64,000 nucleotides of DNA from assembly GCA_963812015.1 (NCBI GenBank), contig CAWETI010000003.1:1824001-1888000 (forward strand). Direction: 5' to 3'. This document shows, in pieces, positions 1 through 8,836 of the stretch (its first letter is position 1; each line of letters starts with the position of its first letter). Below the pieces are notes generated by a model. The model was given only the letters and a program-made list of their open reading frames with translations, searched no databases and was not told the origin of the DNA. This stretch comes from an uncultured delta proteobacterium. GTDB lineage: Bacteria > Desulfobacterota > Desulfobaccia > Desulfobaccales > 0-14-0-80-60-11. A program made the position numbers and the translations under genes.

Positions 1-2
1 TG

Positions 3-1238
3 GCCCAACTCCTCGCCTTGATGGACGGTCTTACCAAGCGCCAGAACGTCATTGTCATTGCCGCCACCAACATCCCCAACGCCCTGGACCCGGCGCTCCG
101 GCGGCCGGGGCGGTTCGACCGGGAGATCGCCATCCCCATCCCCGATCGCCATGGTCGGCTGGACATATTAGAAATCCACAGCCGGGGCATGCCCCTGGCC
201 GAGGACGTAAACATGAGCCACCTGGCGGAGATCACCCACGGTTTCGTGGGGGCCGACCTGGAAGCGTTGTGCCGAGAAGCGGCCATGATCTGCCTACGCC
301 GTCTCATGCCCGACATTGATTACGGCCTGGCCACCATCCCCTACGAGCAACTGGCCCAACTGGAAGTGCACATGGACGACTTCCTGGCCGCGCTTCGGGA
401 AGTGGAGCCATCCGCCATCCGGGAGGTGTTTGTGGAGGTCCCGGATGTGCGCTGGGAGGATGTGGGCGGCCTCCGGGCCGTGAAGGAGCGTCTCGAGGAA
501 GCGGTGGAGTGGCCTTTAAAGTATGCCCACATCTTCAAAAAAGCGGGCATCAGGCCCCCCAAGGGCATCCTCCTATCCGGGGCGCCGGGGTGCGGCAAGA
601 CCCTGCTGGCCAAGGCCATCGCTACTGAAAGCCGGGTGAATTTCCTGTCGGTGAAGGGGCCGGCCCTCATGTCCAAATATGTGGGCGAATCCGAGCGGGG
701 GGTGCGGGAAATGTTCAAGACCGCCCGGCAGGCGGCGCCCTGCATCATCTTCCTGGATGAGACTGAGGCCCTGGTCCCGGCCCGGGGGATGGGTGGCTCT
801 GATTCGCATGTCTCGGAGCGGGTCCTGAGTCAGTTCCTGGCGGAGTTGGACGGCATCGAGGAATTGAAGGGGGTGCTGGTGCTGGGGGCCACTAACCGCC
901 TGGACATGATGGACCCTGCGGTCCTGCGGCCGGGCCGTTTCGACGCCATCGTGGAGATTCCTTTGGCCGATGAGACGGACCGTCAGGAGATCTTTGCGGT
1001 CCACCTCCGGGGAAAACCCTTGGCCAAAGGGATCAGCGCCAAAAAACTGGCGGCCCGCAGCGAGGGCTTAAGCGGCGCCGAAATCGCCGGGGTGTGCAAC
1101 CAGGCGGCCCTGGCCGCGGTGCGCCGGGCAGTGGCGGCGGAAATCGCCGAAGCGGGCACAGGTTTGGCCCAGGTCCTGATCCTGCCTGCCGACCTGGAAG
1201 AAACCCTGGACGAGATGATGGGGGGACCGGGGGATTAA
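3..1238 (+). CDS. Cdc48/VCP-family AAA+ ATPase, 5'-truncated by window edge (positional equivalent of the AAA ATPase in Serratia-type gas vesicle loci)
   Basis: End of D1 (ATNIPNALDPALRRPGRFDREI), D1-D2 linker (EVEPSAIREVFVEVPDVRWEDVGG), D2 Walker A GAPGCGKT, Walker B IIFLDE, SRH ATNRLDMMDPAVLRPGRFD. Confidence 0.92.
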   Translation, partial: AQLLALMDGLTKRQNVIVIAATNIPNALDPALRRPGRFDREIAIPIPDRHGRLDILEIHSRGMPLAEDVNMSHLAEITHGFVGADLEALCREAAMICLRRLMPDIDYGLATIPYEQLAQLEVHMDDFLAALREVEPSAIREVFVEVPDVRWEDVGGLRAVKERLEEAVEWPLKYAHIFKKAGIRPPKGILLSGAPGCGKTLLAKAIATESRVNFLSVKGPALMSKYVGESERGVREMFKTARQAAPCIIFLDETEALVPARGMGGSDSHVSERVLSQFLAELDGIEELKGVLVLGATNRLDMMDPAVLRPGRFDAIVEIPLADETDRQEIFAVHLRGKPLAKGISAKKLAARSEGLSGAEIAGVCNQAALAAVRRAVAAEIAEAGTGLAQVLILPADLEETLDEMMGGPGD

Positions 1239-1242
1239 GGTG

Positions 1243-1419
1243 GTCAGCTATCAGCCATCAGCAAATAATTGGTGATTAATCGGAGTATACCTGCGGGTGC
1301 CGGGCCGTGGGGGGTAAACTCGCCCCTATTTGAGTGGCCAAAAGGATAATTTATTAATGCACGGCCAGGTGTGGTTTCTTTTTCTTTTGCTGAAAGCTGA
1401 CCGCTGAAGGCTGAAAGCT
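1243..1419. repeat. Inverted pair of heptamer tandem repeats (TCAGCTA/TCAGCCA ... GCTGAAA/GCTGACC)
   Basis: gtcagctatcagccatcagc at ~1243-1262 and gctgaaagctgaccgctgaagggctgaaagct at ~1389-1419 are approximate reverse complements. Confidence 0.6.
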
Positions 1420-1474
1420 TAACAAGCCCTTAGCCTTTCCTTCAATTTACAGATTTTTCAGGGGTAGGCGCACA

Positions 1475-2286
1475 ATGCCCCAAGGACTTTATTTATACTG
1501 CCTGGCCCGGTTGAGCCGGCTGCCCCCCTCCCCCTTTTGGGCCGGGGACTGGATGGCCAGAACTCGCTGGCAGTGGCAACATATCAGGATCTCGTGGCGG
1601 TCTGGAGTCCGGTGCCGGTGGAGGATTTCTGCGGGCCGGAGGCTGAAGAACGGATGCTGGACCTGACCTGGATTGGCCCCCGAGTCATCCGCCATCAGGA
1701 GGTGGTGGCCGGGGTGATGCGCCATTCTCCCGTGCTGCCGGTCCGGTTCGGGACCATCTTTTCGTCATTGGCTAACTTGGGAAAGGTTTTGCAGCGCCAC
1801 TCTGACACCATCACCGGGTTCCTGGAGCGCCTCACGGACCAGGAGGAATGGGCCGTCAAAGGGATGCTGGACCGGTCCGAAGCCCAAGAGCAACTGTTTT
1901 CTCTGAAGCTGGCCCGGGAGGCGGAACGGCTGGGGGCCTTATCGCCCGGAACCCGTTATTTTCATGAGCAACGCCTCCGGGCCGGGTGTGACCAGGAACT
2001 CCAGCTTTGGCTCCAAGAAGTGTGCCGCAAGCTGTGGACTCACCTCCGGGATTATGCCGCGGAGGTCCGGGAACGGCGGCTGCTCTCCCGGGAAGCCACC
2101 GGCAGTGATCAAGATATGGTCTGGAATTGGGCCCTGCTGATGCCGAGGCAGGCAGTGGGCGGTTTCCAATCCCTGATCCAGGACGTCAACGCCCGATTCG
2201 CCGATCGCGGCCTGAGGCTGGAATGTACCGGCCCCTGGCCCCCCTATAGCTTTTGCCCTGCCCTGGACATGGAGCCCGAGGCATGA
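1475..2286 (+). CDS. gvpF: GvpL/GvpF-family gas vesicle protein, apparent 1-nt frameshift at C-run ~1523-1534
   Basis: N-term MPQGLYLYCL in one frame continues as GRGLDG..RVIRHQEVV..VLPVRFGTIF..EWAVK..TGPWPPYSF in another; adding one C restores LPPLPLLGRG. Confidence 0.85.
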
Positions 2287-3035
2287 GTTGCTTGTTTTAT
2301 TGTATCCGCCGCCAGCCGCGCTCAGAATTATCGGGATCCCTGTTGGGGGTGGGGGGCCGCCCGGTATACCAGGTGGCGCACCGGGGGTTAAGTGTGGCCC
2401 TTTCCCAAATCGGCCTTGCCGACCTGGACCCGGATATTCCCAGGGTACGGGCCTATGAGCGGGTGGTGCTCTCCTATCACCGGAGGGGCGCCGTGGTCCC
2501 CATGCGTTATGGCTGCGTGGTGGAGCAGGAATCCCAGGCTATCCGGCTCCTGGAAGAACACGGCCCTCAATATGAGGCCTTGCTCCAGGAACTGGACGGC
2601 TGTGTGGAGATGGGGCTGCGGGTCTTGCTGCCGTCTGGACCTTGGGCTGAGGTGATCCCCGGCGGCCCGGAAAGTAGCCGGGAGGTGGCCGGGCCCCGCC
2701 CCCCTGACCCTGCGGCGGCACCGGACCGCTTAGGGTTGACTTATCTCACGGCCCGCAAGGCCCACTATGCCAGCCAGGACCGGTGGACCAAGGAGTACCG
2801 GCAGGCCGCGGAACGGTGCCGGGAGCAGTTCACCGGACTATATGTCAAATACAAAACGGAAGCTCCTTCCCCCCGCCTGCCCCTGCTTTCCCTCTATTTT
2901 TTGGTGCCCCGCCCGGCCGTGGAGGCTTTTCGCCAGGCGTTCCGGCAGCTCACCGAGAGCGAGCCGGCCCAGCTGATGCTGAGCGGTCCCTGGCCACCTT
3001 ATAATTTTGTCACGAGCGCTTCACGTCCCGGATAA
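2283..3035 (+). CDS. gvpF: GvpL/GvpF-family gas vesicle protein
   Basis: VVPMRYG, EMGLRV, SGPWPPYNFV motifs; ATGA overlap with the upstream stop. Confidence 0.88.
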   Translation: MSCLFYCIRRQPRSELSGSLLGVGGRPVYQVAHRGLSVALSQIGLADLDPDIPRVRAYERVVLSYHRRGAVVPMRYGCVVEQESQAIRLLEEHGPQYEALLQELDGCVEMGLRVLLPSGPWAEVIPGGPESSREVAGPRPPDPAAAPDRLGLTYLTARKAHYASQDRWTKEYRQAAERCREQFTGLYVKYKTEAPSPRLPLLSLYFLVPRPAVEAFRQAFRQLTESEPAQLMLSGPWPPYNFVTSASRPG

Positions 3036-3066
3036 TCCCCCGGGGTTGGTTGAAGAGGCCGTAGTC

Positions 3067-4553
3067 ATGAATACGCATGGAAATTCGCGGGATAATAGTC
3101 CGATATCACAGCGGTACCAGCAACTCTACGACATGCTGCTGGACGCCATTCCCTCGTCAGTGCTGCTCATCAATCAGGATCTGAGTATCGCTTCGGCCAA
3201 TCGTAACTTCCTGGAGAAAAACCGCCGTACCCTCACAGACACCATCGGCCACCGCCTGGATGAAGTGTTTCCGGCCATCATTATCGACCAGATGGATTTT
3301 CCGGGGCGCATCCGGCAGGTCTTCGAAAAAAACTTCCGCGTCAAGGGGGAACGGATGACCTATCGGGCCCCGGGCATTCCCCTGAGGATTTATTATTACA
3401 GCATCCTGCCTTTTCCTGGCAGGGGGTGGTGGAGCTGGCCATGCTGCTCATGGATGACGTCACCGAGCAGGTGCGTCTGAGTGAAGAGGTGCGCCGGGTG
3501 GAGCGCCACCTGGCCTCGGTGGTGGAAAGCGCCCAGGATATTGTTTTGTCCACTGACATGGAAGGCCAGATCTTGACCTGGAACACTGCGGCGGAGAGGC
3601 TCTCGGGCTTCACCCTCTACGCGATCCGGGGACACAACTTTTTCGACTTCTGCGCCGGAGACGATCAGGGCGAGATGGAGCGAGTTTTTACCAACCTCCA
3701 GGCCGGCAAAGACGCTCAAATGGCGGAATGGGATCTGAAAACCAGGGATGGCGGTCGCATTCCGGTTTCCTGGATCTTTTCTCCCATGAAGGACCACCTG
3801 GGCGAGACCGCCGGGATCGTGGCGGTGGGGCGGGACCTGACGGAGCGCCGAAAATTTGAGGCCCAGTTGCTGCAGACGCAGAAACTGGCCGCCCTTGGGG
3901 TCATGGCGGGGGGCATCGCCCATGAGATCCGCAATCCCCTGGCGGTTTGCTCCAGTGCCGCCCAGTTTATCATGGACGGCGATCTTGAACCTCAATTTCA
4001 GCAGGAGTGCGCCGAAAAGATCCATGCGGGCATCCTGCGGGCCTCCATGATTATTGAAAATTTGCTGCGCTTCGCCCGTCCCTCGGTGAAACCCGACATC
4101 AAGAAGATTAACCTGACCACTCTCCTGGAGGAAACCCTGTCCCTGGTAACGAACCAGGCCCGAATTGCCAAGATTGAGCTGCAGGCGCAACTGCCTCCGG
4201 AGCCCATCTTGATCAGCGGCATGGAAGCCTTGCTGCAGCAAGCCTTCATGAACCTGCTGCTCAACGCCATCAAAGCCATGCCCGATGGGGGGGGATTGGG
4301 CGTCGCCCTGGGACAGGCCGATGGGGAAGCCTGGGTCAGTATTAGGGACACCGGCCAGGGCATCGCCCCCGGGGACCTGAACAATATCTTCGACCCCTTT
4401 TACACCACCGCGCCGGTGGGCCAGGGCACGGGGTTGGGTCTCTCCATCTGCTATTCCATCATCAAGCAGCACTTCGGCACCATCACCGTGGAGAGCGGGG
4501 CAGACCAAGGCAGCATCTTCACCGTGAGATTGCCCATCTTAATACGCGGTTAG
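3067..4553 (+). CDS. PAS-PAS sensor histidine kinase (NtrB-like; GvrB-equivalent), apparent 1-nt frameshift at TTTT 3411-3414
   Basis: PAS1 (LLDAIPSSVLLINQDLSIASANRNF) joins PAS2 + H-box GIAHEIRNPL, N-box NLLLNAIKAM, G boxes DTGQG/FYTT/GTGLGL if one T is added. Confidence 0.88.
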
Positions 4554-4562
4554 GGCGGTGGG

Positions 4563-4952
4563 ATGACTGATCCAGGCGACCTGATTCTCATTGTGGACGA
4601 TGAGCCGGATATGTGCTGGGCCCTGGAACATCTCCTCAACAAACAGGGTTATGTCACCCGCAAAGCCCTGACGGCCCTGGAGGCTCTGAAGTTGATGGAG
4701 CAGCACCGATTCGGCTGCGCCTTCCTGGACGCCAAGCTACCGGATATGGACGGCCTGGAACTGGCCCGACGCATCCAGGACAGGGCGCCGGACATGCACA
4801 TCCTGATGGTGTCCGGTTACTTTTACCGGGATGACGCCTCCATCCAGGAGGCCATTGCCCAAGGGGTAATCATCGATTTCATCAGCAAGCCCTTCCTCCA
4901 ACAAGAAATTCTCCGGGTTTTGAGAAAACTTGAACGGACATATTTCTTCTAG
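4563..4952 (+). CDS. Single-domain response regulator receiver (GvrC-equivalent)
   Basis: ILIVDDEPD, FLDAKLPDMDGLEL, SG, FISKPF. Confidence 0.92.
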   Translation: MTDPGDLILIVDDEPDMCWALEHLLNKQGYVTRKALTALEALKLMEQHRFGCAFLDAKLPDMDGLELARRIQDRAPDMHILMVSGYFYRDDASIQEAIAQGVIIDFISKPFLQQEILRVLRKLERTYFF

Positions 4953-4986
4953 AAGACCGCAAGGGCATAGGTTAGCTACCCTAGAG

Positions 4987-5018
4987 TAGGGAAATGATTC
5001 CATAGAGCAAATTCCCTA
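4987..5018. promoter_or_regulatory. Candidate enhancer (UAS) inverted repeat TAGGGAA-N18-TTCCCTA upstream of the gvpA promoter
   Basis: Perfect 7-bp inverted repeat ~70-100 bp upstream of a -24/-12 motif, with an AT-rich stretch between. Confidence 0.4.
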
Positions 5019-5088
5019 GCCCCGGCCGGCATCCTCCTCTTCAGACATAACCTACTTATTTTAATGGATTTACTCTACCTTCTGGTCC

Positions 5089-5104
5089 TGGCATGCTTCT
5101 TGGA
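5089..5104 (+). promoter_or_regulatory. Putative sigma54 (-24/-12) promoter of gvpA
   Basis: TGGCATG-CTTC-TTGGA vs consensus TGGCACG-N4-TTGCW (correct spacing, C>G at -12), 65 nt before the gvpA ATG. Confidence 0.6.
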
Positions 5105-5169
5105 TAAGTAGGCCTTGAGGCATTGCCTCTCTCTCAAAACTCCCAAAAATTACATGAAGGAGGTTCCCC

Positions 5170-5388
5170 ATGGCCAAAGTACAGAAGTCAACAGATTCCT
5201 CCAGCCTGGCGGAAGTTGTCGACCGCATCCTGGACAAGGGTATCGTCATCGATGCCTGGGTCAAGGTGTCGCTGGTGGGCATCGAACTGTTGTCCATTGA
5301 AGCCCGGGTGGTCATCGCCTCCGTGGAAACCTACCTGAAGTACGCCGAAGCCATCGGCCTGGCGGCCAGCGCGGCCGCTCCCGCGTAA
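5170..5388 (+). CDS. gvpA: Major gas vesicle structural protein GvpA
   Basis: [55 protein letters not shown] signature; RBS AAGGAGG. Confidence 0.98.
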   Translation: MAKVQKSTDSSSLAEVVDRILDKGIVIDAWVKVSLVGIELLSIEARVVIASVETYLKYAEAIGLAASAAAPA

Positions 5389-5420
5389 GGATGCTTCTGG
5401 GGAAAGGTTCCTCTTGCGCT

Positions 5421-5441
5421 GAGGGGCCGCTTCGGCCCCTC
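5421..5441 (+). terminator. Strong GC stem-loop after gvpA (partial terminator or mRNA stabiliser; no U-tract)
   Basis: GAGGGGCCG-CTT-CGGCCCCTC, perfect 9-bp stem. Confidence 0.6.
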
Positions 5442-5535
5442 GACGGAAGGGGGTTGCGGTTGAGGAGAATTGAGCCGCAACTGCGATGCCTAGGAAAATT
5501 CCCCGGCACGGTCCAAAGGAAAGGAGATACTTCTT

Positions 5536-6087
5536 ATGGGTCCTTTTACGGAAAGTATGACCCGGCTGTGCGGTGAGATCGTGGCCCTGCGCGGGGCGCG
5601 CCTGACCTTCGTCCGGGATCTGGGCCAGGATGTGGCCGCCATGAAGGCTGACTTTCGCCGGGCGCATGCCGAAATGGGGCAGCGGACCAAGGCGGAACGC
5701 CAGGGTTTCGTCAAAGCCTTGGGCCATGAAGTGGCGAGCCTGATGGCGGGGCTTCATCGGGCCCATAAAGCCATGGCCCACCAGACCAAGGCGGAGCGGC
5801 GGGCTGCCGTGAACCACTTAAAGAAAACCGTAGGCGGCATGCGCCGGGAATTTGCCCTGGACCTGGCGGGAGCGCACCGGGTCTGGTTCGGCCCCACTCC
5901 GGCTGAACGCCGGGCCCAAGCGGAGGCCGAGCGCCGCGCCAAACATGAGGCGGAACAGCGGATCAAGGAAGCCGCGGAACGGGACCGGATGGCCGCCCTG
6001 GCTATGGCCAAGGAAGAGGCCGTCCGGCATCAAGCCGCCCAAGGCAATAAAGAAGAGGCGGGACGCCCGGGCAAAAAGAAGGGGTGA
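5536..6087 (+). CDS. gvpC: GvpC-like helical repeat protein
   Basis: 33-aa repeat FVRDLGQDVAAMKADFRRAHAEMGQRTKAERQG / FVKALGHEVASLMAGLHRAHKAMAHQTKAERRA; position right after gvpA; RBS AAGGAG. Confidence 0.75.
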   Translation: MGPFTESMTRLCGEIVALRGARLTFVRDLGQDVAAMKADFRRAHAEMGQRTKAERQGFVKALGHEVASLMAGLHRAHKAMAHQTKAERRAAVNHLKKTVGGMRREFALDLAGAHRVWFGPTPAERRAQAEAERRAKHEAEQRIKEAAERDRMAALAMAKEEAVRHQAAQGNKEEAGRPGKKKG

Positions 6088-6110
6088 AATCTGCAAGCCC
6101 CTGATAAGGC

Positions 6111-6503
6111 ATGGCAATGACCCAATTCAAGCACGCCACCGAGAAAACCGTGCAGAAAAGCCGCTCAGAAGGAGAAATGGTGGAAGTTACCTGTTCTTTC
6201 TGCAGCGGCCGCGGCAAAGATCCTTTTGGGATCATGTCCTGGCTTTCCACCTGCTGCGTCTGCGGCGGGAGGGGAGTGGTGCAGGTGCCGGCGCTCCATC
6301 GGCCCTGCGCCCACTGCCGGGGCACCGGGGCCATCAAGACCTTCACCTGCACCGTGTGCCGCGGCAGCGGTCACGTCCCGTTGATCCCCGGACTTCTCCG
6401 GGCCTGCCCGGAGTGCCGAGGCACCGGCGACGACGACGCCTCGGCCCTGGCCTGCATGACCTGCCGGGGTCGAGGTTGGGTGCCCCAAGCGAGTCACAGA
6501 TAA
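6111..6503 (+). CDS. DnaJ-type zinc-finger protein without J domain (6x CxxCxGxG)
   Basis: CSFCSGRG, CCVCGGRG, CAHCRGTG, CTVCRGSG, CPECRGTG, CMTCRGRG; no HPD motif. Confidence 0.85.
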   Translation: MAMTQFKHATEKTVQKSRSEGEMVEVTCSFCSGRGKDPFGIMSWLSTCCVCGGRGVVQVPALHRPCAHCRGTGAIKTFTCTVCRGSGHVPLIPGLLRACPECRGTGDDDASALACMTCRGRGWVPQASHR

Positions 6504-6568
6504 CAGATTACCAATCCTGCCCCTGGCTTCCAGGGGCAGTTTCATCGCCAGTTAGAGGAGCAACGCGC

Positions 6569-7579
6569 ATGAGTGGTGAGCAACGGAAAAGGGCCACGGT
6601 GGCCGTGGTTAAGGTGGAGTCCCGGGACGACCAGGTGACGCCGGAAGCCGGCCCGGATTTCGTGGAAACGGGTTATGTCCAGGACCTCAGCAAACGGGCC
6701 CTGGCCTACCTGGCGGTGGGTTATCCGGTCCACTTCGCCGGTCCGGCCGGCACGGGCAAGACCACCCTGGCTTTTCATGTGGCGGCGCAGCGGGGCCGTC
6801 CGGTGGTACTGATCCACGGGGACGACGAGTTCGCCAGTTCGGATCTGGTGGGGCGCCACTCCGGCTACCGCAAACAGAGACTCATCGACAACTACATCCA
6901 TTCCGTCCTCAAGACGGAAGAGTCCATGAATGTCACCTGGATGGACAACCGCCTCACCATGGCCTGCAAGGACGGCTACACCCTCATTTACGATGAGTTC
7001 ACCCGGTCCCGGCCCGAGGCCAACAACGCCCTCTTAAGTATCCTGGAGGAGAAGATCCTCAATCTGCCCAAGATGTCCCGGGGCGGCGACGGCTACCTGG
7101 AGGTCCACCCGGATTTTCGAGCCATTTTCACCTCCAATCCCGAGGAGTACGCCGGGGTCCACAAGACCCAGGACGCCCTTATGGACCGGCTCATCACCGT
7201 CAATCTGGGGCATTTCGACCGGGAAACAGAGGTGCAAATCGCCATGACTAAATCCGGTCTGTCTCGCCTGGATGCCGAGATCATCGTGGATGTGGTCCGG
7301 GAACTCCGGGGCTTTGGGGTCAACAACCACCGCCCTACCGTCCGGGCCTGCATCGCTATTGCCAAGATCCTGGCGCACCAGGGGGCCCGGGCTCATAAAG
7401 ATGACCCGGTCTTCCAGTGGGCTTGCCGTGACGTGCTCAACACCGACTCCGCCAAGGTGACCCGGGGCGGCCAGTCCCTTATGGGAGAAAAAGTGGGAGA
7501 AGTGATCGACACGGTTTTAGGTTCACGCCCCCAGACCCCGCTGAGAGCAGGGGGGGTGCGAAGCCGCGCCAAGGAGTAA
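6569..7579 (+). CDS. gvpN: Gas vesicle AAA+ ATPase GvpN
   Basis: GPAGTGKTT, LIYDEFTRSRPEANN, FTSNPEEYAGVHKTQDALMDR; ATG 6569 with RBS GAGGAG. Confidence 0.95.
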   Translation: MSGEQRKRATVAVVKVESRDDQVTPEAGPDFVETGYVQDLSKRALAYLAVGYPVHFAGPAGTGKTTLAFHVAAQRGRPVVLIHGDDEFASSDLVGRHSGYRKQRLIDNYIHSVLKTEESMNVTWMDNRLTMACKDGYTLIYDEFTRSRPEANNALLSILEEKILNLPKMSRGGDGYLEVHPDFRAIFTSNPEEYAGVHKTQDALMDRLITVNLGHFDRETEVQIAMTKSGLSRLDAEIIVDVVRELRGFGVNNHRPTVRACIAIAKILAHQGARAHKDDPVFQWACRDVLNTDSAKVTRGGQSLMGEKVGEVIDTVLGSRPQTPLRAGGVRSRAKE

Positions 7580-7583
7580 CCGT

Positions 7584-7880
7584 ATGACCATTCCCAGGAG
7601 AGGTATCCAGGACATTCGCACCCTGACGGGGAAAGTGAGAAAGGCCACGATTCCCCATGAGGCCTATCTGCGCATTAGTCACATTGAAATGGAAAAGGCC
7701 CGCAAGACCCTGGAGAGCGAGAAGGCCAGGCAATTGATGGCAGACATCGGTGCCCGCCTCGCAGAAATTGAGGCCGAAAAAGAAAGTCTGCTGCAGTCGT
7801 TGGGGGAAAAGGGCGGTAGAGCCCCTCCGGGGCGGACCGGCCCGGCACGCCACAGCGGCGGCTTTAAAATAAAATATTAA
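7584..7880 (+). CDS. gvpV: GvpV-like coiled-coil gas vesicle accessory protein
   Basis: Follows gvpN; RGIQDIRT..AYLRISHIEMEKAR..coiled coil..FKIKY pattern recalled for GvpV-type proteins. Confidence 0.6.
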   Translation: MTIPRRGIQDIRTLTGKVRKATIPHEAYLRISHIEMEKARKTLESEKARQLMADIGARLAEIEAEKESLLQSLGEKGGRAPPGRTGPARHSGGFKIKY

Positions 7881-7906
7881 AGTTTAATTAATCAAAATTA
7901 CAGAGG

Positions 7907-8113
7907 ATGCCGATGCTTATTCTTAAGGATGCCAACCAAGTTCGGACCATGCGCCAGGTGAAGAGTTACCGCTCCTGCCCCACTTCCACGGGCCTGCCCA
8001 TGTGGGGGTCGGAGTTAGGCCGCATGTATCAGGAAGAGGTGGCCCGGTGCAACCGGAAGTTGCGGCGCCGCTGGCGGGCCGCGGCCTGGCGCAACCGTTG
8101 CGGCTGCCGGTGA
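7907..8113 (+). CDS. Small basic hypothetical protein in gvp operon
   Basis: Co-directional 68-aa ORF filling the gap, GAGG upstream. Confidence 0.5.
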   Translation: MPMLILKDANQVRTMRQVKSYRSCPTSTGLPMWGSELGRMYQEEVARCNRKLRRRWRAAAWRNRCGCR

Positions 8114-8129
8114 AAGGATCGAGTGCCCT

Positions 8130-8498
8130 ATGGAATACGCCATGCAGGTCCTTAACCGGTACGGCCCGGTTTCAGGCAGGCCCACCCGCCGGAAACGGTT
8201 CGTGGATAAAGTGTCCTGCGCCTACTGCGGCGGCCGGGGGGCCGACCCCAAGTACAGCAGCGCCTCTGGTTGCCCCGTATGCCGCGGCGCCGGGGTCGTG
8301 CGGGTCATGCCCCCGGTGGTGAGCTGCCGCCAGTGTAGCGGCACCGGCCAAGTGGGGGGTGATTTGATCTGCCTGACCTGCAAGGGGGTGGGGATGGTAT
8401 CGGTCCCCGTTGAGGCCGATACCTGTTCGCGCTGCGGCGGCACCGGCGAAGAGGGGGTTTTTTATTGTAACGCCTGTAAAGGACAAGGGATCGCCTGA
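8130..8498 (+). CDS. Second DnaJ-type zinc-finger protein without J domain (6x CxxCxGxG)
   Basis: CAYCGGRG, CPVCRGAG, CRQCSGTG, CLTCKGVG, CSRCGGTG, CNACKGQG; same layout as 6111-6503. Confidence 0.85.
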   Translation: MEYAMQVLNRYGPVSGRPTRRKRFVDKVSCAYCGGRGADPKYSSASGCPVCRGAGVVRVMPPVVSCRQCSGTGQVGGDLICLTCKGVGMVSVPVEADTCSRCGGTGEEGVFYCNACKGQGIA

Positions 8499-8529
8499 CT
8501 TCGACAGACGTCAGAAATGGAGAATTGAC

Positions 8530-8733
8530 ATGAAAATTAATTGTCTGTCCTGCGGCTTTAAAGTGGACCTGGATGATACGTATGACGACTTTGAGGGTCC
8601 CATCAAGTGCCTGTGCGGCGCTTTGCTGGAGATCAGGACCGAAGAGGGCATGCTCAAGGCCATCAAGATGGGGGAACCGCTGTCCCGCACAGTCCTCAGG
8701 ACCAGGCGGATGGAAGGCGGCGCCACCCCCTGA
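8530..8733 (+). CDS. Small Zn-ribbon protein
   Basis: MKINCLSCG...IKCLCGALLEI; RBS GGAGA before ATG 8530. Confidence 0.7.
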   Translation: MKINCLSCGFKVDLDDTYDDFEGPIKCLCGALLEIRTEEGMLKAIKMGEPLSRTVLRTRRMEGGATP

Positions 8734-8836
8734 GGAGCGTGCAGGCCGGGTCAGGCGACGGAAGTTGTCGCAATGCAGGATTATCTGGAAGCCGTGGGTG
8801 TTGCCTTTCGGTTTCCCGTTGATGTGAGACAAGGAT

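Noticed and set aside
5852..6568. 575-aa ORF suggesting a long N-terminal extension on GvpN
   Set aside because: The extension overlaps gvpC and the Zn-finger gene in other frames and is low-complexity; ATG 6569 has a good RBS.
6111..8498. Multiheme cytochromes or true DnaJ chaperones
   Set aside because: Motifs are CxxCxGxG, not CxxCH, and there is no J domain/HPD.
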